From contig CAZXRF010000008.1 in assembly GCA_964642875.1 (NCBI GenBank), positions 2,241-66,240 of the forward strand: DNA of 64,000 nucleotides, in the 5' to 3' direction. Numbering within the stretch: position 1 is the first letter of the stretch; each line of letters opens with the position of its first letter. This DNA comes from an uncultured Chitinophagales bacterium (GTDB lineage: Bacteria > Bacteroidota > Bacteroidia > Chitinophagales > JADIYW01). The notes under the pieces are model-generated. The model worked only from the letters and a program-made list of their open reading frames with translations. It ran no database searches and had not been told where the DNA came from. A program made the position numbers and the translations under genes. Shown here in pieces: positions 10,068 to 20,750 of the stretch.

Positions 10068-12602
10068 TTAGAATGGATATCCGATGGCGAAATTTATCCC
10101 AATTAAATCAATGGGTTTGATGGTGTAAGAGCCACCAAAATCGGCGGGATTTTTCCCAATTTTATCAAAAGTCCAACGGTTGCCGACAGGGAATGCGGGA
10201 TCGTAAAGTGCATACGCCACATCTAGGCGTAGTACGAAGAAATTTAAGTCCATGCGCATGCCTACGCCCACATCCCACGCTAGTTCTTTTGCGAAGCGTT
10301 TGGGGTCGAAATTCCCTAAATGTTTATCTGGGTCATCTTTGAGTAGCCATACATTGCCGACATCTGTAAATAGTGCACCTTTGAAAATTTTATAAATATT
10401 AAACCGATACTCTGCGTTTATTTCAAATTTCAAATCTCCGGTTTGGTCTAAGTTGTTTCTATTTAATTGATAGGTGTTGTATCCGCCGGGTCCTAAACGT
10501 CGGAATCCCCAGCCCCGTAAGGAGTTTGGCCCGCCACCGAAGAATTGTTTTATGTAAGGCATTACTGCTACATCTCTCAAGTATAAGGTATCTCGCCCGA
10601 GGTATTTTGTTTGAATTACTTTGTATTGTGAATTTCCATAAGGAATACCCATACCAAAAAAGGCTCTCACCGCTAAGGCTTGTCCACGTTTAAAATTAAA
10701 GGTATATCTTGGTTCTAGCTCGAATCGGAAGAATTGGGCAAAGTTTATTTTTCCAAGTTTATATGGTTTTTCATTGTCCTTTTGTATGGCTTTGGAAAAG
10801 GCATAAAGTAGATTTCCGGCTAAGAATCCATTTGCTCTAAAATAAAAATAGTTTTTAAACCTGCCGACATTTATATTTTGATTGGTGTATGAAAAAGTAT
10901 AATCTTGACCTAGTATAAATTGTTGCGTAAAACTTTGTTTTAGCCGCACGTCGTTATTCAAAAGTGTTTGAAAAGAGTCGCTAATTTTTGATGGAATTAC
11001 ATACGCAAAACTCATAGGAGAGAAGATGTGCCGAAAGTGGTCATTATACCATTCGTATCCATAATTTGCGCCTACTGTTTGGATGTCGTACAACCCAATC
11101 CTGCGTTGGAAATTATAGTTTAAACTAATAAAAGTACGTGGTTTGTATTTTTGATAAGTAACGCATTTATTTCTATTTATGAAAGGGAAAATTCGTGCTA
11201 AATTTATTTTAGCTTCCATGTTAAAGTTTACGGTACTTACAGCTTTATTGTCAAAACGTTTTGCCTTTATAAGTTGAAATTCCAAACCGCTACTCACATT
11301 AAATTGGAATTTTGCAGCTGTTCTGAATAGGTTGTTGTTCTTATAAGAACCAACTAAGTTAAACCCTAATGTGCTTTGCGCATTGGTATTTAGCTCTACG
11401 TCAGTACTAAAGGAATGTCGTTTTGCAGGGGCACATTTTATAGTTGTATATAATCCACTTTCATCGGGCGTTAAGGAAATCGGCACATGTTCAATATTTA
11501 CAAATCGGAATATACCTAAGTTGTTGAGTGCATTTCTGGTTTTAGTTAATTGGTCTTTATTAAAAACATCATCGGGTTTTATATAGGTAGATTTTGTAAG
11601 TGCTCTTGGTAGAACAGAACTTTTTAGTACACGATAATTTACGCCACAAATTGTGTCGTAAATAAAATCCTTTCGCGATAATTTTTTATTGGCTTGTTTG
11701 TCGTCAAAATTTAAAATGTCATAATCTACTTGTAGGTAAGTGTAAACTTTATGATTCAAAGAGTCTTCATCGTTTTTTACTAATAAATTTACATCTATCT
11801 GATGATTGCCTACCGAACTGTCGATATTCATAAAAATAAAATCAGGGCTAAAAGTGTAATAACCTTTATTTTGCACCATGTCCGCTAGGCGTTGTCGTTC
11901 TTTTTTTACTATGTCTATATCAAATGGATCCCCTTTTTTTAAGAGTCTGCTTTTTGGGTCTTTTTTTACTATACTAAGGATGGTGCTATCTTCGGCAGTA
12001 GTGGTAACGTTTCTGTAGGTAAATTGAGGACCCGTTTTTATTTTATAAGTTACTTCTGTTTTTTTTCTTTTAGTTTTAAAATCAGCACTTACATCACTAT
12101 AAAAAAAACCATGATAAAATAAGTAATTTTTCATCCGCCGCACGGAGGTGCTGATGGTGGTGGAGTCAAATAATACAGGTGGTTCGCCTCCGGAAGTTTG
12201 GGATAAAAAATTTTCAAATTTTCTTTTCTTACCCATTTTTTTCAATTCTAATGAATCTCTTTTGGAGTAATTTCCGCTCTCTATCTTTTGTTCTAATGCT
12301 TTTTTTTGATTGGTTTTCTTTTCGCTGCGCAATATTGACATGGTGTAAATGCCTAATTTCAACCGAAATAAACTTAGGAATTTTTTATTGGGCTGCTGAT
12401 TGTATACCACTTGTTTACCTAAGTCAGATTTTAAATCTGCTTTGTCGCTATATATTTTTCCGGTGCTTTTTATCGAAACACCATTGCTGGTTAATAAACT
12501 TTGGTCGTCTTTTATTAAATGTTTGGTGGCAGAACAAGAATAGAGTAGCAATATGCATCCTACATATCCTATTTTTTTACATCTTTGAACCAAATTATGC
12601 AT
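10068..12602 (-). CDS. BamA/TamA (Omp85) family outer-membrane protein
   Basis: Lipobox-like LLYSC, POTRA-like region, FFGGGPNSLRGW, terminal INFAIGYPF; ATG 12602 preferred over the upstream TTG. Confidence 0.9.
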   Translation of the reverse strand: MHNLVQRCKKIGYVGCILLLYSCSATKHLIKDDQSLLTSNGVSIKSTGKIYSDKADLKSDLGKQVVYNQQPNKKFLSLFRLKLGIYTMSILRSEKKTNQKKALEQKIESGNYSKRDSLELKKMGKKRKFENFLSQTSGGEPPVLFDSTTISTSVRRMKNYLFYHGFFYSDVSADFKTKRKKTEVTYKIKTGPQFTYRNVTTTAEDSTILSIVKKDPKSRLLKKGDPFDIDIVKKERQRLADMVQNKGYYTFSPDFIFMNIDSSVGNHQIDVNLLVKNDEDSLNHKVYTYLQVDYDILNFDDKQANKKLSRKDFIYDTICGVNYRVLKSSVLPRALTKSTYIKPDDVFNKDQLTKTRNALNNLGIFRFVNIEHVPISLTPDESGLYTTIKCAPAKRHSFSTDVELNTNAQSTLGFNLVGSYKNNNLFRTAAKFQFNVSSGLEFQLIKAKRFDNKAVSTVNFNMEAKINLARIFPFINRNKCVTYQKYKPRTFISLNYNFQRRIGLYDIQTVGANYGYEWYNDHFRHIFSPMSFAYVIPSKISDSFQTLLNNDVRLKQSFTQQFILGQDYTFSYTNQNINVGRFKNYFYFRANGFLAGNLLYAFSKAIQKDNEKPYKLGKINFAQFFRFELEPRYTFNFKRGQALAVRAFFGMGIPYGNSQYKVIQTKYLGRDTLYLRDVAVMPYIKQFFGGGPNSLRGWGFRRLGPGGYNTYQLNRNNLDQTGDLKFEINAEYRFNIYKIFKGALFTDVGNVWLLKDDPDKHLGNFDPKRFAKELAWDVGVGMRMDLNFFVLRLDVAYALYDPAFPVGNRWTFDKIGKNPADFGGSYTIKPIDLIGINFAIGYPF

Positions 12603-13310
12603 ACTTTGCTTAGTCAACAGGAAATAAAACTTATTAACGCGCTCAAAATTAAGAAATACAGAACGAAGTATTCTCAATTTATTGCTGAAGGGGATAAAAT
12701 TATAAAAGAATTAATAGATAAAGGAATGGAAGTTGTTCACATTTATTCCACGCATCCCGAAGAATTTAACATTAAAGAAATAAAAAAAGTATCGGAAGCT
12801 GATTTAAAGAAAGTTACGGCATTACAACATCCTTATCATAGTTTGGCAGTTTTTTCTATACCTCCATCCACTTTCAACATCGATGGAAAAGAGTGGGTAG
12901 TAGTATTGGACGATATACAAGATCCGGGAAATATGGGCACTATAATACGCACTTGTGATTGGTTCGGCGTGAAAAAAATAATCTGTTCGGAGGGTTGCGT
13001 AGATGCGTATAACCCGAAGGTGGTGCAGGCAAGCATGGCATCTATAGCGAGTGTGCAAATACAAGAAATGAATTTAGAGGAGATATTAATGGATATCAAG
13101 TTTCCCATTTATGGTGCCGTGTTAAATGGGAATGATTATCGCCAACAATCATTTAAGCAAAAAGGGTTCATATTAATAGGAAATGAAGGGCATGGCATTC
13201 GGCAGTCGCTACAAGAAAAGATAAATTATCCGATTACAATCCCTAAAAAAGGTACTGCAGAATCGCTGAATGCTGCTATTGCCACTGCATTGATATTAGA
13301 TAAATTGTAA
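12597..13310 (+). CDS. TrmH/SpoU family RNA methyltransferase
   Basis: LDDIQDPGNMGTIIRT, ILIGNEGHGI, AESLNAAIA; true start is ATG 12597 or TTG 12606. Confidence 0.92.
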   Translation: MHTLLSQQEIKLINALKIKKYRTKYSQFIAEGDKIIKELIDKGMEVVHIYSTHPEEFNIKEIKKVSEADLKKVTALQHPYHSLAVFSIPPSTFNIDGKEWVVVLDDIQDPGNMGTIIRTCDWFGVKKIICSEGCVDAYNPKVVQASMASIASVQIQEMNLEEILMDIKFPIYGAVLNGNDYRQQSFKQKGFILIGNEGHGIRQSLQEKINYPITIPKKGTAESLNAAIATALILDKL

Positions 13311-13349
13311 ATGTAAAATCTTATTTGTTTAAGATTTTCTTTAGTCCAC

Positions 13350-14285
13350 CTATTTTGTTTTTGGTTTACTCCAGTCAGCGTTGGCAGGTTTGCCAGTTTT
13401 AGAATTATACAACTCAAAGTTGGCAGGCTTGCCTACATTTGGAACATCACCATCTTTACGTTTTTCATAAGCAATGTTTTCTACATGCCGCCACTTTCCT
13501 TTTTTCCATTCAAAGCCTTCATAAGTGCCGTCGGGAACATAATTGGCATAAAACCCTTCTAAAGTTTCGCCATTTGGCGCAGCATGGTCGTATATAATTT
13601 TTTTATCAGCAATGCTGTAATTTAAGGATATAGACGCTTCTTTTGAGTATTCAAGAATAAATCGGTTTAAAATTTTGCTCTTTCCCATGTCAATAATCGG
13701 TGCGCCAAACCGTGGCAGTCCTGATTTGGTAAAAGATAGAATTTCCATAATTTTTCTATTACTCGATAGATTATTTCCATCCCAACCGAAAAGTGTGTAA
13801 TAGGTTTTTTTACCAGCTTTTACCGTTTTTACCCCATAATACAAACACCCAATCCAATTGTTATTGTCCACATTTATGTCTTCTTGATGGTCGGTAAAAT
13901 CAGAATAATCTATTAAAGGAAACATTTTAAGTGTGTCGCTTTTTATCTGTATTGTACCAAAAAATTTATACATGTCTTCATCGCTGCGCACATACCAAGT
14001 AAATATTTTAAAACTACCATCTTCAGGCATCACAACTTTCCATGGTAATGTAGAATCCCAAGTATAATAAAAGGAGTTTTTTATGCGCAAAGCTTTTGTA
14101 AGGGTTTTGATGATTCGATAGCTGGCTATAGTCCGATTGTCCTTTACTTGACTATTAATTAGCGTGTCTCCATACATCTTGATTGTATCTTCATAATGCT
14201 TTATCTGCTGAAAATCTTCCGGTGCTAATTGTGCATTTGCAAAAAATGATATTGAACAAAGAAGTAAAACAAAATAAACTTTCAT
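13350..14285 (-). CDS. Conserved hypothetical exported protein
   Basis: 311-aa ORF with signal peptide; no family recognised. Confidence 0.75.
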   Translation of the reverse strand: MKVYFVLLLCSISFFANAQLAPEDFQQIKHYEDTIKMYGDTLINSQVKDNRTIASYRIIKTLTKALRIKNSFYYTWDSTLPWKVVMPEDGSFKIFTWYVRSDEDMYKFFGTIQIKSDTLKMFPLIDYSDFTDHQEDINVDNNNWIGCLYYGVKTVKAGKKTYYTLFGWDGNNLSSNRKIMEILSFTKSGLPRFGAPIIDMGKSKILNRFILEYSKEASISLNYSIADKKIIYDHAAPNGETLEGFYANYVPDGTYEGFEWKKGKWRHVENIAYEKRKDGDVPNVGKPANFELYNSKTGKPANADWSKPKTK

Positions 14286-14428
14286 AGGTAATTGTATTCA
14301 AAATTTATTCCAAAAATAAACGTTATTATCCTTAAAAAAGTATTTAATCCATTTTATTGGTATAAATCTTGTTAATTCATAAAAAAACTAAAACGAAATA
14401 ACTATATTTCCTAAAACTACTTATTTAT

Positions 14429-17400
14429 ATGAAGCGATTTTTTGACCTGATATTTGTTTGTGTGATGCTGATATCTTTAAAAACTCAAGCCCAAGTACAA
14501 TGGGCAAGCAAATTAATTGATTTTTCATCGGAATATAAAGATGATCTTATTCGAAGTAATTCCACCCGATGGAGCGCGTCACAAGTATTGGGCTATCCAA
14601 ATTCAATAAAATACGGCTCATCTCAGTTAGCTTGGACACCACAAAAACAAGACGGCTCGAAAGAATTTGTAACTGTTGGATTTACAACACCACAGATGGT
14701 ACAACAAGTTATAGTAGGCGAAAATTATAACGCTGGCTCAATATGCGAAATTATTTTATATGATGATAAAGGTAAAAAATATACCGTTTATGAAAATGAA
14801 AGACCTTCGCCGATACAAAAGTTTGAAGATGTACTAACTTATTTTAAAATCAAACCAACTTACAATGTTGTGAAATTAAAATTGGTGATAAATACAAGTG
14901 CAGTTTTTGGAAGGCAAGAAATTGATTGCATAGGAATTTCAGCTACAACAGCACCATACAAACAAAATATAAATGTGGTGAAATACTCTGAAGCAGTAGG
15001 ACAACCGGAAAATTTAGGCCCAAATGTAAATTCTGAATTTTATGATCACCTGCCCTTAATTTCGCCCGATGGCACACAATTATATTTTACCCGAAAACTA
15101 ACAGATGAAAATAATAACCGATATTTTAATGATGATATTTTTGTAGCTCAAATTTTACCTTCCGGAAAATTCTCCAAAGCAGAAAACATTGGACCTCCAT
15201 TAAATACCACAGATAATAACTTTGCTTGTTTTATAAGCAGTGATAATAATAGGTTGTATGTTGCCAATAAATACATTAAAAACACGTATAACTATGCCGG
15301 TTTATCTGTTTCTACTAAGCATAAAGATGGCACTTGGAGCAAACCTAAATCTTTAAATATTCCGAATTTGTATAATAAAAATGAATTTGCACATTATTAT
15401 ATGAATTTAGAAGAAAATGTAGCTTTGATGTCGATTCAGCGTGATGATACGTACGGAGATTTAGATATTTATTTCTCTAAAAAATATAGTGATGGCACTT
15501 GGACAGAACCCAAAAATTTAGGACCAGTTATCAATACGGTAGGAGCGGAAGGAAGCGTGTTTTTAGCTGCTGACGGCAAGACGTTATATTTTTCTTCTAC
15601 AGGGCATCCCGGCTTTGGAAGCTATGATATGTACATGAGTAAACGATTGGATGACACATGGACAAATTGGAGTAAACCGCTAAACTTAGGGTATAAAATA
15701 AATTCCGATGAAATGGATATTTATTATACTATTCCGGCTTCTGGTGATTATGCTTATTTTTCAAGTGGAATAACTCAATATGGAAAAAATGATTTATATA
15801 GAATAAAATTACCTAAAGAAGCGCGTCCAGAATTTGTAGATATTAAAAAGTTTGTGGCAGCCGCGCCATTAAAAAAGGAAGCTCCAATTGCTTCAGCAGT
15901 TCCTGTTACATCAATACCTCTGCCACCAACTCCACAGAAAGTGAGTACAACATCAACTTCGCTGCCCCCAACGCCTACGGTTGTTCTTGCTCCACCGTCA
16001 ACTAATACAACAGCCCAAAACACCTCTCAAACAGAGGAGTTGCAAAAGAAATTAGAAGAGCTGAAAAAACAACAACTGCAAGTTTCTACTCCTGTAAAAT
16101 CTGCTGTAGCAACACCGCCCGCGTCCCCTCCGACAGCAATAAAACGTGAAGTGGTAAACAATATACAGCCTTTTCAAACAGAGGAAGAAAAGAAACCAAA
16201 ACCGATAACAACAAATACTATTGTTCCAGTTGAAACACCTAAACCTGGCCCACATGTATTAACCCAACAAGAAATACAAGCACGTGAACAACAAAAAAAT
16301 AATCCAACCATAAGTCCGAATAACGATAACCTAAATGCTTTGTCGAAGCGCCCAATGCCAACAATGACTGAAACTCCTCCTATTACAGTGCAGAGTCAAA
16401 AAGTATCGAATCCAAATATAGTTACCAATGAAGTAGATCCTAACACTGTAATTGATGCTAATTCTTCTGTACAGAAAAATATTACACTAAAAACGGCTAA
16501 TCCACAAATAGATGAATTACAACAGAAATTAGATGATTTAAGACGTCAGCAAACAGTTGCAATGTCTAAAACGAGTACACCATCTGCACCGTATTCTTCT
16601 ACACCTCCATCTTACCAAAGTACTGCTGAAAAATATCCCAACCCACAGGCGGTAACACCACAGTCGAATGCAAAAACGGATGATTTGCAACAAAAATTAG
16701 ATGCTCTAAAACAACAACAACAACAAATAGGACAGAGTAATAAAATTTATGCAAATCCATATTATACTACTAAGCCTTATGACCCCCAGCCCGTAAAAGA
16801 AAGACAAGATGATGTAGCTTCAAAAGAATACGATGATTATGCAAAAAAAATAGAGGATTTAAAACAACAACAAAAAAATACAAAAGTTGCTGTTGTGCCT
16901 CCATCTCAGATTATAAATCCAACGCCAGTGCCAGCACCACCGGCTGTATCTATTGCCACTGCACCTCCCGTTACTACTGCATCTGTCAGTATTTCTCCAA
17001 ATCCAATTATTTCAAAATATGAAGAGAAATTAAAAAAATTAAAAGAAGAGATGGATGCCATGAAAGCGGCACCTACAGTGGTAGATACAAAATTGTCGAC
17101 AGAGCCACTAGCTGAAACCATTACTGCAAAGGCTCCTGCAATTGTGGATACTTCACTTCCACCACACATAAATTCGCCACAGGTTTCTACTGCTGTAGTA
17201 GTATCAGATACTATTTCTACTCCTTCAATTATTCCTACTTCTATACCTTCAAATGTGCCTTCTGCTCCAGATTTTTATGCAGAGAAAAATAGATTAGATT
17301 CTATTCAGCATGCTCAAAAATTAGCAGAGCAAAAGATGATGGCAACACTAGATAAAATGGGAAATAGCAAGCAATCTTTAGAAAAAGATATTGCAGATTT

Positions 17401-18067
17401 ACAAGCACAGCGACAAAAATTTAATACAGATAAAGATAAATTGCTGGCTCAAAATACGCAACTCGCAGGCGAGAAAGATAGATTAGAAGATGAAAAGAAA
17501 AAGATGGATGATTTATTATCGCAAATGCAAACAGAGCGCGATAAATTGGCAGAAGAGAAAAAGAAAATGGAAGACGATAAAGCCAAATTAGATGCGCTTA
17601 AAAAACAACAAGAAAAAGAAGTATTGGGCTTGAAACGTTCTATTGACTCGTTGAGTAAAGTGCAACAAAAAGCAGTTAATACTATATCACAAAATTATGA
17701 TTTATTTACCGTTCCGCTACAGGTAGGCGCAGTAGCACAGGTCAATAATATTTACTTCGTTGCAGATGCTGCTTTTTTACAAATACCTTCCTACCCAGAG
17801 TTGGATAAAGTGGTTTTATTTTTGGCAAGAAATAAAAATTTAAAAGTAGAAGTTGGCGGACATACCAACGGTTTGTGTGATGATTATTTCTGTCAAAAAC
17901 TATCTACCAACCGAGCGAAAACGTGCGTAGATTATCTAATAAGTAAAGGCATAGCAGCAAATAGATTGTCGTATAAAGGTTATGGGAAAACAGATTTACT
18001 AAAACCCAATGAACCAGGAAATCCATTGAATCAGCGTGTAGAAATAAAAATTATCAGTGTAGATTAA
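14429..18067 (+). CDS. OmpA-family protein with PD40-like repeats and a long Pro/Thr/Gln-rich, coiled-coil-studded linker
   Basis: Signal peptide; ENLGPNVNS, ISPDGTQLYFTR, LAADGKTLYFSS repeats; C-terminal VEVGGHTN...LSTNRAKTCVDYL...NQRVEIKI. Confidence 0.9.
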   Translation: MKRFFDLIFVCVMLISLKTQAQVQWASKLIDFSSEYKDDLIRSNSTRWSASQVLGYPNSIKYGSSQLAWTPQKQDGSKEFVTVGFTTPQMVQQVIVGENYNAGSICEIILYDDKGKKYTVYENERPSPIQKFEDVLTYFKIKPTYNVVKLKLVINTSAVFGRQEIDCIGISATTAPYKQNINVVKYSEAVGQPENLGPNVNSEFYDHLPLISPDGTQLYFTRKLTDENNNRYFNDDIFVAQILPSGKFSKAENIGPPLNTTDNNFACFISSDNNRLYVANKYIKNTYNYAGLSVSTKHKDGTWSKPKSLNIPNLYNKNEFAHYYMNLEENVALMSIQRDDTYGDLDIYFSKKYSDGTWTEPKNLGPVINTVGAEGSVFLAADGKTLYFSSTGHPGFGSYDMYMSKRLDDTWTNWSKPLNLGYKINSDEMDIYYTIPASGDYAYFSSGITQYGKNDLYRIKLPKEARPEFVDIKKFVAAAPLKKEAPIASAVPVTSIPLPPTPQKVSTTSTSLPPTPTVVLAPPSTNTTAQNTSQTEELQKKLEELKKQQLQVSTPVKSAVATPPASPPTAIKREVVNNIQPFQTEEEKKPKPITTNTIVPVETPKPGPHVLTQQEIQAREQQKNNPTISPNNDNLNALSKRPMPTMTETPPITVQSQKVSNPNIVTNEVDPNTVIDANSSVQKNITLKTANPQIDELQQKLDDLRRQQTVAMSKTSTPSAPYSSTPPSYQSTAEKYPNPQAVTPQSNAKTDDLQQKLDALKQQQQQIGQSNKIYANPYYTTKPYDPQPVKERQDDVASKEYDDYAKKIEDLKQQQKNTKVAVVPPSQIINPTPVPAPPAVSIATAPPVTTASVSISPNPIISKYEEKLKKLKEEMDAMKAAPTVVDTKLSTEPLAETITAKAPAIVDTSLPPHINSPQVSTAVVVSDTISTPSIIPTSIPSNVPSAPDFYAEKNRLDSIQHAQKLAEQKMMATLDKMGNSKQSLEKDIADLQAQRQKFNTDKDKLLAQNTQLAGEKDRLEDEKKKMDDLLSQMQTERDKLAEEKKKMEDDKAKLDALKKQQEKEVLGLKRSIDSLSKVQQKAVNTISQNYDLFTVPLQVGAVAQVNNIYFVADAAFLQIPSYPELDKVVLFLARNKNLKVEVGGHTNGLCDDYFCQKLSTNRAKTCVDYLISKGIAANRLSYKGYGKTDLLKPNEPGNPLNQRVEIKIISVD

Positions 18068-18128
18068 AACACTATGAATGTTTTTTTAGTATGATGAATT
18101 TCGAAAATAAGCGTTGTATATTTATACC

Positions 18129-19094
18129 ATGGCATTAGAAACTTATGAGTCAATAGTTCAATTCTTCCCTCCATCTTCAGCAGAAGATTGGAAGAATAAA
18201 ATTATTAAAGATTTAAAAGGAGAACCTTTTGATAAATTAATCTGGCATACGAATGAAGGTATAGACGTATTGCCTTTTTATACCAAAGAATTTACAAATG
18301 GAATGCAATTGCAGATACCTGCAAAAGCAAATAATGATTGGCAAATTTTAGAACGAATAATTGTACATGATTTAGCCGCTGCCAATAAATCGGCATTATC
18401 AAGTTTACATGCTGGTGTGCAAACTATTATCTTTGATTTGCAAAACAAAAATATTACTACAACAGAAATTTCAATTTTGGTAAATGAAATTGATACTGAA
18501 ATTGCACCAGTTTTTTTTGAAAATTATAAAGCAGAAGATAAAATAATATTAGAGACTATTGTAAAAGATAGCTGCACCGTGTTTGCGAAAATTCCACAAG
18601 AAAATACCCTTACGGAAGAGTTAGTGCATTTACTAAACCTTGCAAAAATAACATCGAATGAAACGGCTCGTGTGCATTTTTTTGTAGGTCAAAATTATTT
18701 CTTTGAGATTGCTAAACTACGTGCTGCTCGTTGGCTGTGGCATCAAATGGCAGATTTGAAAAACCAACATTCACAATTGTATATTACTGCTGAAACAACT
18801 ATTGCTTCCTTTAGTAAGGACGACGTAAATTATAACATACTTAGAAATACAACAGCAGCTATGAGTGCGATTTTAGGAGGCTGCGATCAATTGCTAGTAA
18901 ATAGCCATGATTGTGTATCGTTAGAAACCTCCTTTGGGAAGCGTATTTCCAGAAATATACAACACATCTTGCATAATGAATCATATTTTGGAGAATTACA
19001 TGATGCTGCAAAAGGTAGTTACTATATTGAAAATCTTACTTATCAATTGGCAAAAAATGCCTGGACACAGTTTGCTGATTTAAACAATCATTAG
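18129..19094 (+). CDS. Methylmalonyl-CoA mutase small (beta) subunit-like protein, short
   Basis: WKNKIIKDLKGEPFDKLIWHTNEGIDVLPFYT, YFFEIAKLRAARWLW, NILRNTTAAMSAILGG, AKGSYYIENLT. Confidence 0.8.
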   Translation: MALETYESIVQFFPPSSAEDWKNKIIKDLKGEPFDKLIWHTNEGIDVLPFYTKEFTNGMQLQIPAKANNDWQILERIIVHDLAAANKSALSSLHAGVQTIIFDLQNKNITTTEISILVNEIDTEIAPVFFENYKAEDKIILETIVKDSCTVFAKIPQENTLTEELVHLLNLAKITSNETARVHFFVGQNYFFEIAKLRAARWLWHQMADLKNQHSQLYITAETTIASFSKDDVNYNILRNTTAAMSAILGGCDQLLVNSHDCVSLETSFGKRISRNIQHILHNESYFGELHDAAKGSYYIENLTYQLAKNAWTQFADLNNH

Positions 19095-19184
19095 ATTTAG
19101 TAGCAATTTTTTCTCAACTAAAACTTATCTTTTTTATAGTAAAATGTAAAACGTTAATCGTACATTGTCTGCATAATTTTTATT

Positions 19185-20750
19185 ATGGAACACACAATAG
19201 AATATGATTATGTAATTGTAGGAAGCGGATTTGGCGGCTCTGTTTCTGCTTTACGATTATCTGAAAAAGGGTATAAAGTATTGGTTATTGAAAAGGGAAA
19301 ATGGTTTAATGAACCTGAAGATTTTCCAAAAACAAATTGGAATTTACGCAAATGGATGTGGATGCCAAAATTGGGTATGCAAGGTTTGTTTAAACTTACC
19401 TTTTACAGACATGTTGCAGTTTTAAGTGGTGTAGCCGTTGGTGGCGGTTCTATTGTATATGCAAATACATTGCCCATTCCCAAATCAGAATTTTATAATA
19501 GCGGACATTGGAATGGATTAGAAAATTGGGAAGAAACGTTGAAACCTTTTTATGCGACAGCAAAAAAAATGTTAGGCGCAGAAACACATCCTTACATGAG
19601 CCGAAGTGATAAGGCGATGTTGCAATTAGCTAAAGAAATGGGCGATGAAAATGCATTTCATAAAACAGACGTCGCCGTATATTTTGGTAAACCTAACGAA
19701 ACGGTTGCCGATCCATATTTTGATGGAAAAGGTCCGGATAGAACTGGATGCAATTTATGTGGAGGCTGCATGCTGGGATGTAGATACAACGCCAAAAATA
19801 CCTTAGATAAGAACTATTTATACTTAGCCCAGCAATTAGGAACAAAAATAATTGCAGAAAAAGAAGTGTATGATGTAGTGCCACTAAATACAGATGGAAG
19901 CGAAGGCTACGAAATAAAATTTAAAGACTCGTTATCATGGTTTCCGAAAAAAGGAAGCGTAAAAACCAAAGCAGTTATTTTTGCTGGAGGCGTATTGGGT
20001 TCTGTTGATTTATTACTAAAACTAAAGGAAACTTCATTGCCTAATTTATCTGATAAGATAGGCACCGGTGTTCGTACAAACTCAGAAAGTTTAATCGGTG
20101 TTACCACATTTGATGATGTTTCTTTTTCCGAAGGAATTGCTATTGGTTCTATTGTAAATATTGATGAAAGCCGTCACGTAGAACCAGTGAAATATTCGGA
20201 AGGAGCAGGATTTTGGCGTATTTTTATGGCACCAATGGTGCAAGGCAAAAACATATTTATCCGTTTATTTAATATGATAAAAGAATTTGTATTACACCCA
20301 ATAGACACCCTGCGGGTTGTATTTGTTGACGACTGGAGCAAACGCACACATATATTATTATACATGGAGAGCATAGATTCTACTTTAAGCTTTAAGCGTA
20401 CGAAAGTGGGTATTATGAAAACCCAATTAGATACAGGCCCTGCACCTACAGCATTTAACCCAAAAGCTCAAGAGATAGCCCATCGGATTGAAAAAATAAT
20501 TAATGGAAAATCTATGGTGATAAATACCGAAACTTTATTTGGTATCCCAACTACAGCACATATACTTGGAGGCGCATGTATGGGAAAAGATGCAAGCTCT
20601 GGCGTGATTGATAAAAATAATAATGTCTTTAACTACAAAAATATGATGGTCTGCGATGGAAGTATGATATCTGCAAATCCCGGAGTAAATCCAAGTTTGA
20701 GTATCACTGCCATTACCGAAAGAGCCATGAGCTTGATACCGCCAAAATAA
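19185..20750 (+). CDS. Cholesterol oxidase-like GMC oxidoreductase (ChoD type)
   Basis: IVGSGFGGSVSALRL, CNLCGGCMLGCRYNAKNTLDKNYL, TAHILGGACMG, ANPGVNPSLSITA. Confidence 0.88.
   Translation: MEHTIEYDYVIVGSGFGGSVSALRLSEKGYKVLVIEKGKWFNEPEDFPKTNWNLRKWMWMPKLGMQGLFKLTFYRHVAVLSGVAVGGGSIVYANTLPIPKSEFYNSGHWNGLENWEETLKPFYATAKKMLGAETHPYMSRSDKAMLQLAKEMGDENAFHKTDVAVYFGKPNETVADPYFDGKGPDRTGCNLCGGCMLGCRYNAKNTLDKNYLYLAQQLGTKIIAEKEVYDVVPLNTDGSEGYEIKFKDSLSWFPKKGSVKTKAVIFAGGVLGSVDLLLKLKETSLPNLSDKIGTGVRTNSESLIGVTTFDDVSFSEGIAIGSIVNIDESRHVEPVKYSEGAGFWRIFMAPMVQGKNIFIRLFNMIKEFVLHPIDTLRVVFVDDWSKRTHILLYMESIDSTLSFKRTKVGIMKTQLDTGPAPTAFNPKAQEIAHRIEKIINGKSMVINTETLFGIPTTAHILGGACMGKDASSGVIDKNNNVFNYKNMMVCDGSMISANPGVNPSLSITAITERAMSLIPPK

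Noticed and set aside
14429-18067. PorE assignment
   Set aside because: No lipobox Cys or N-terminal TPR region is evident; left as a generic OmpA-PD40 protein.
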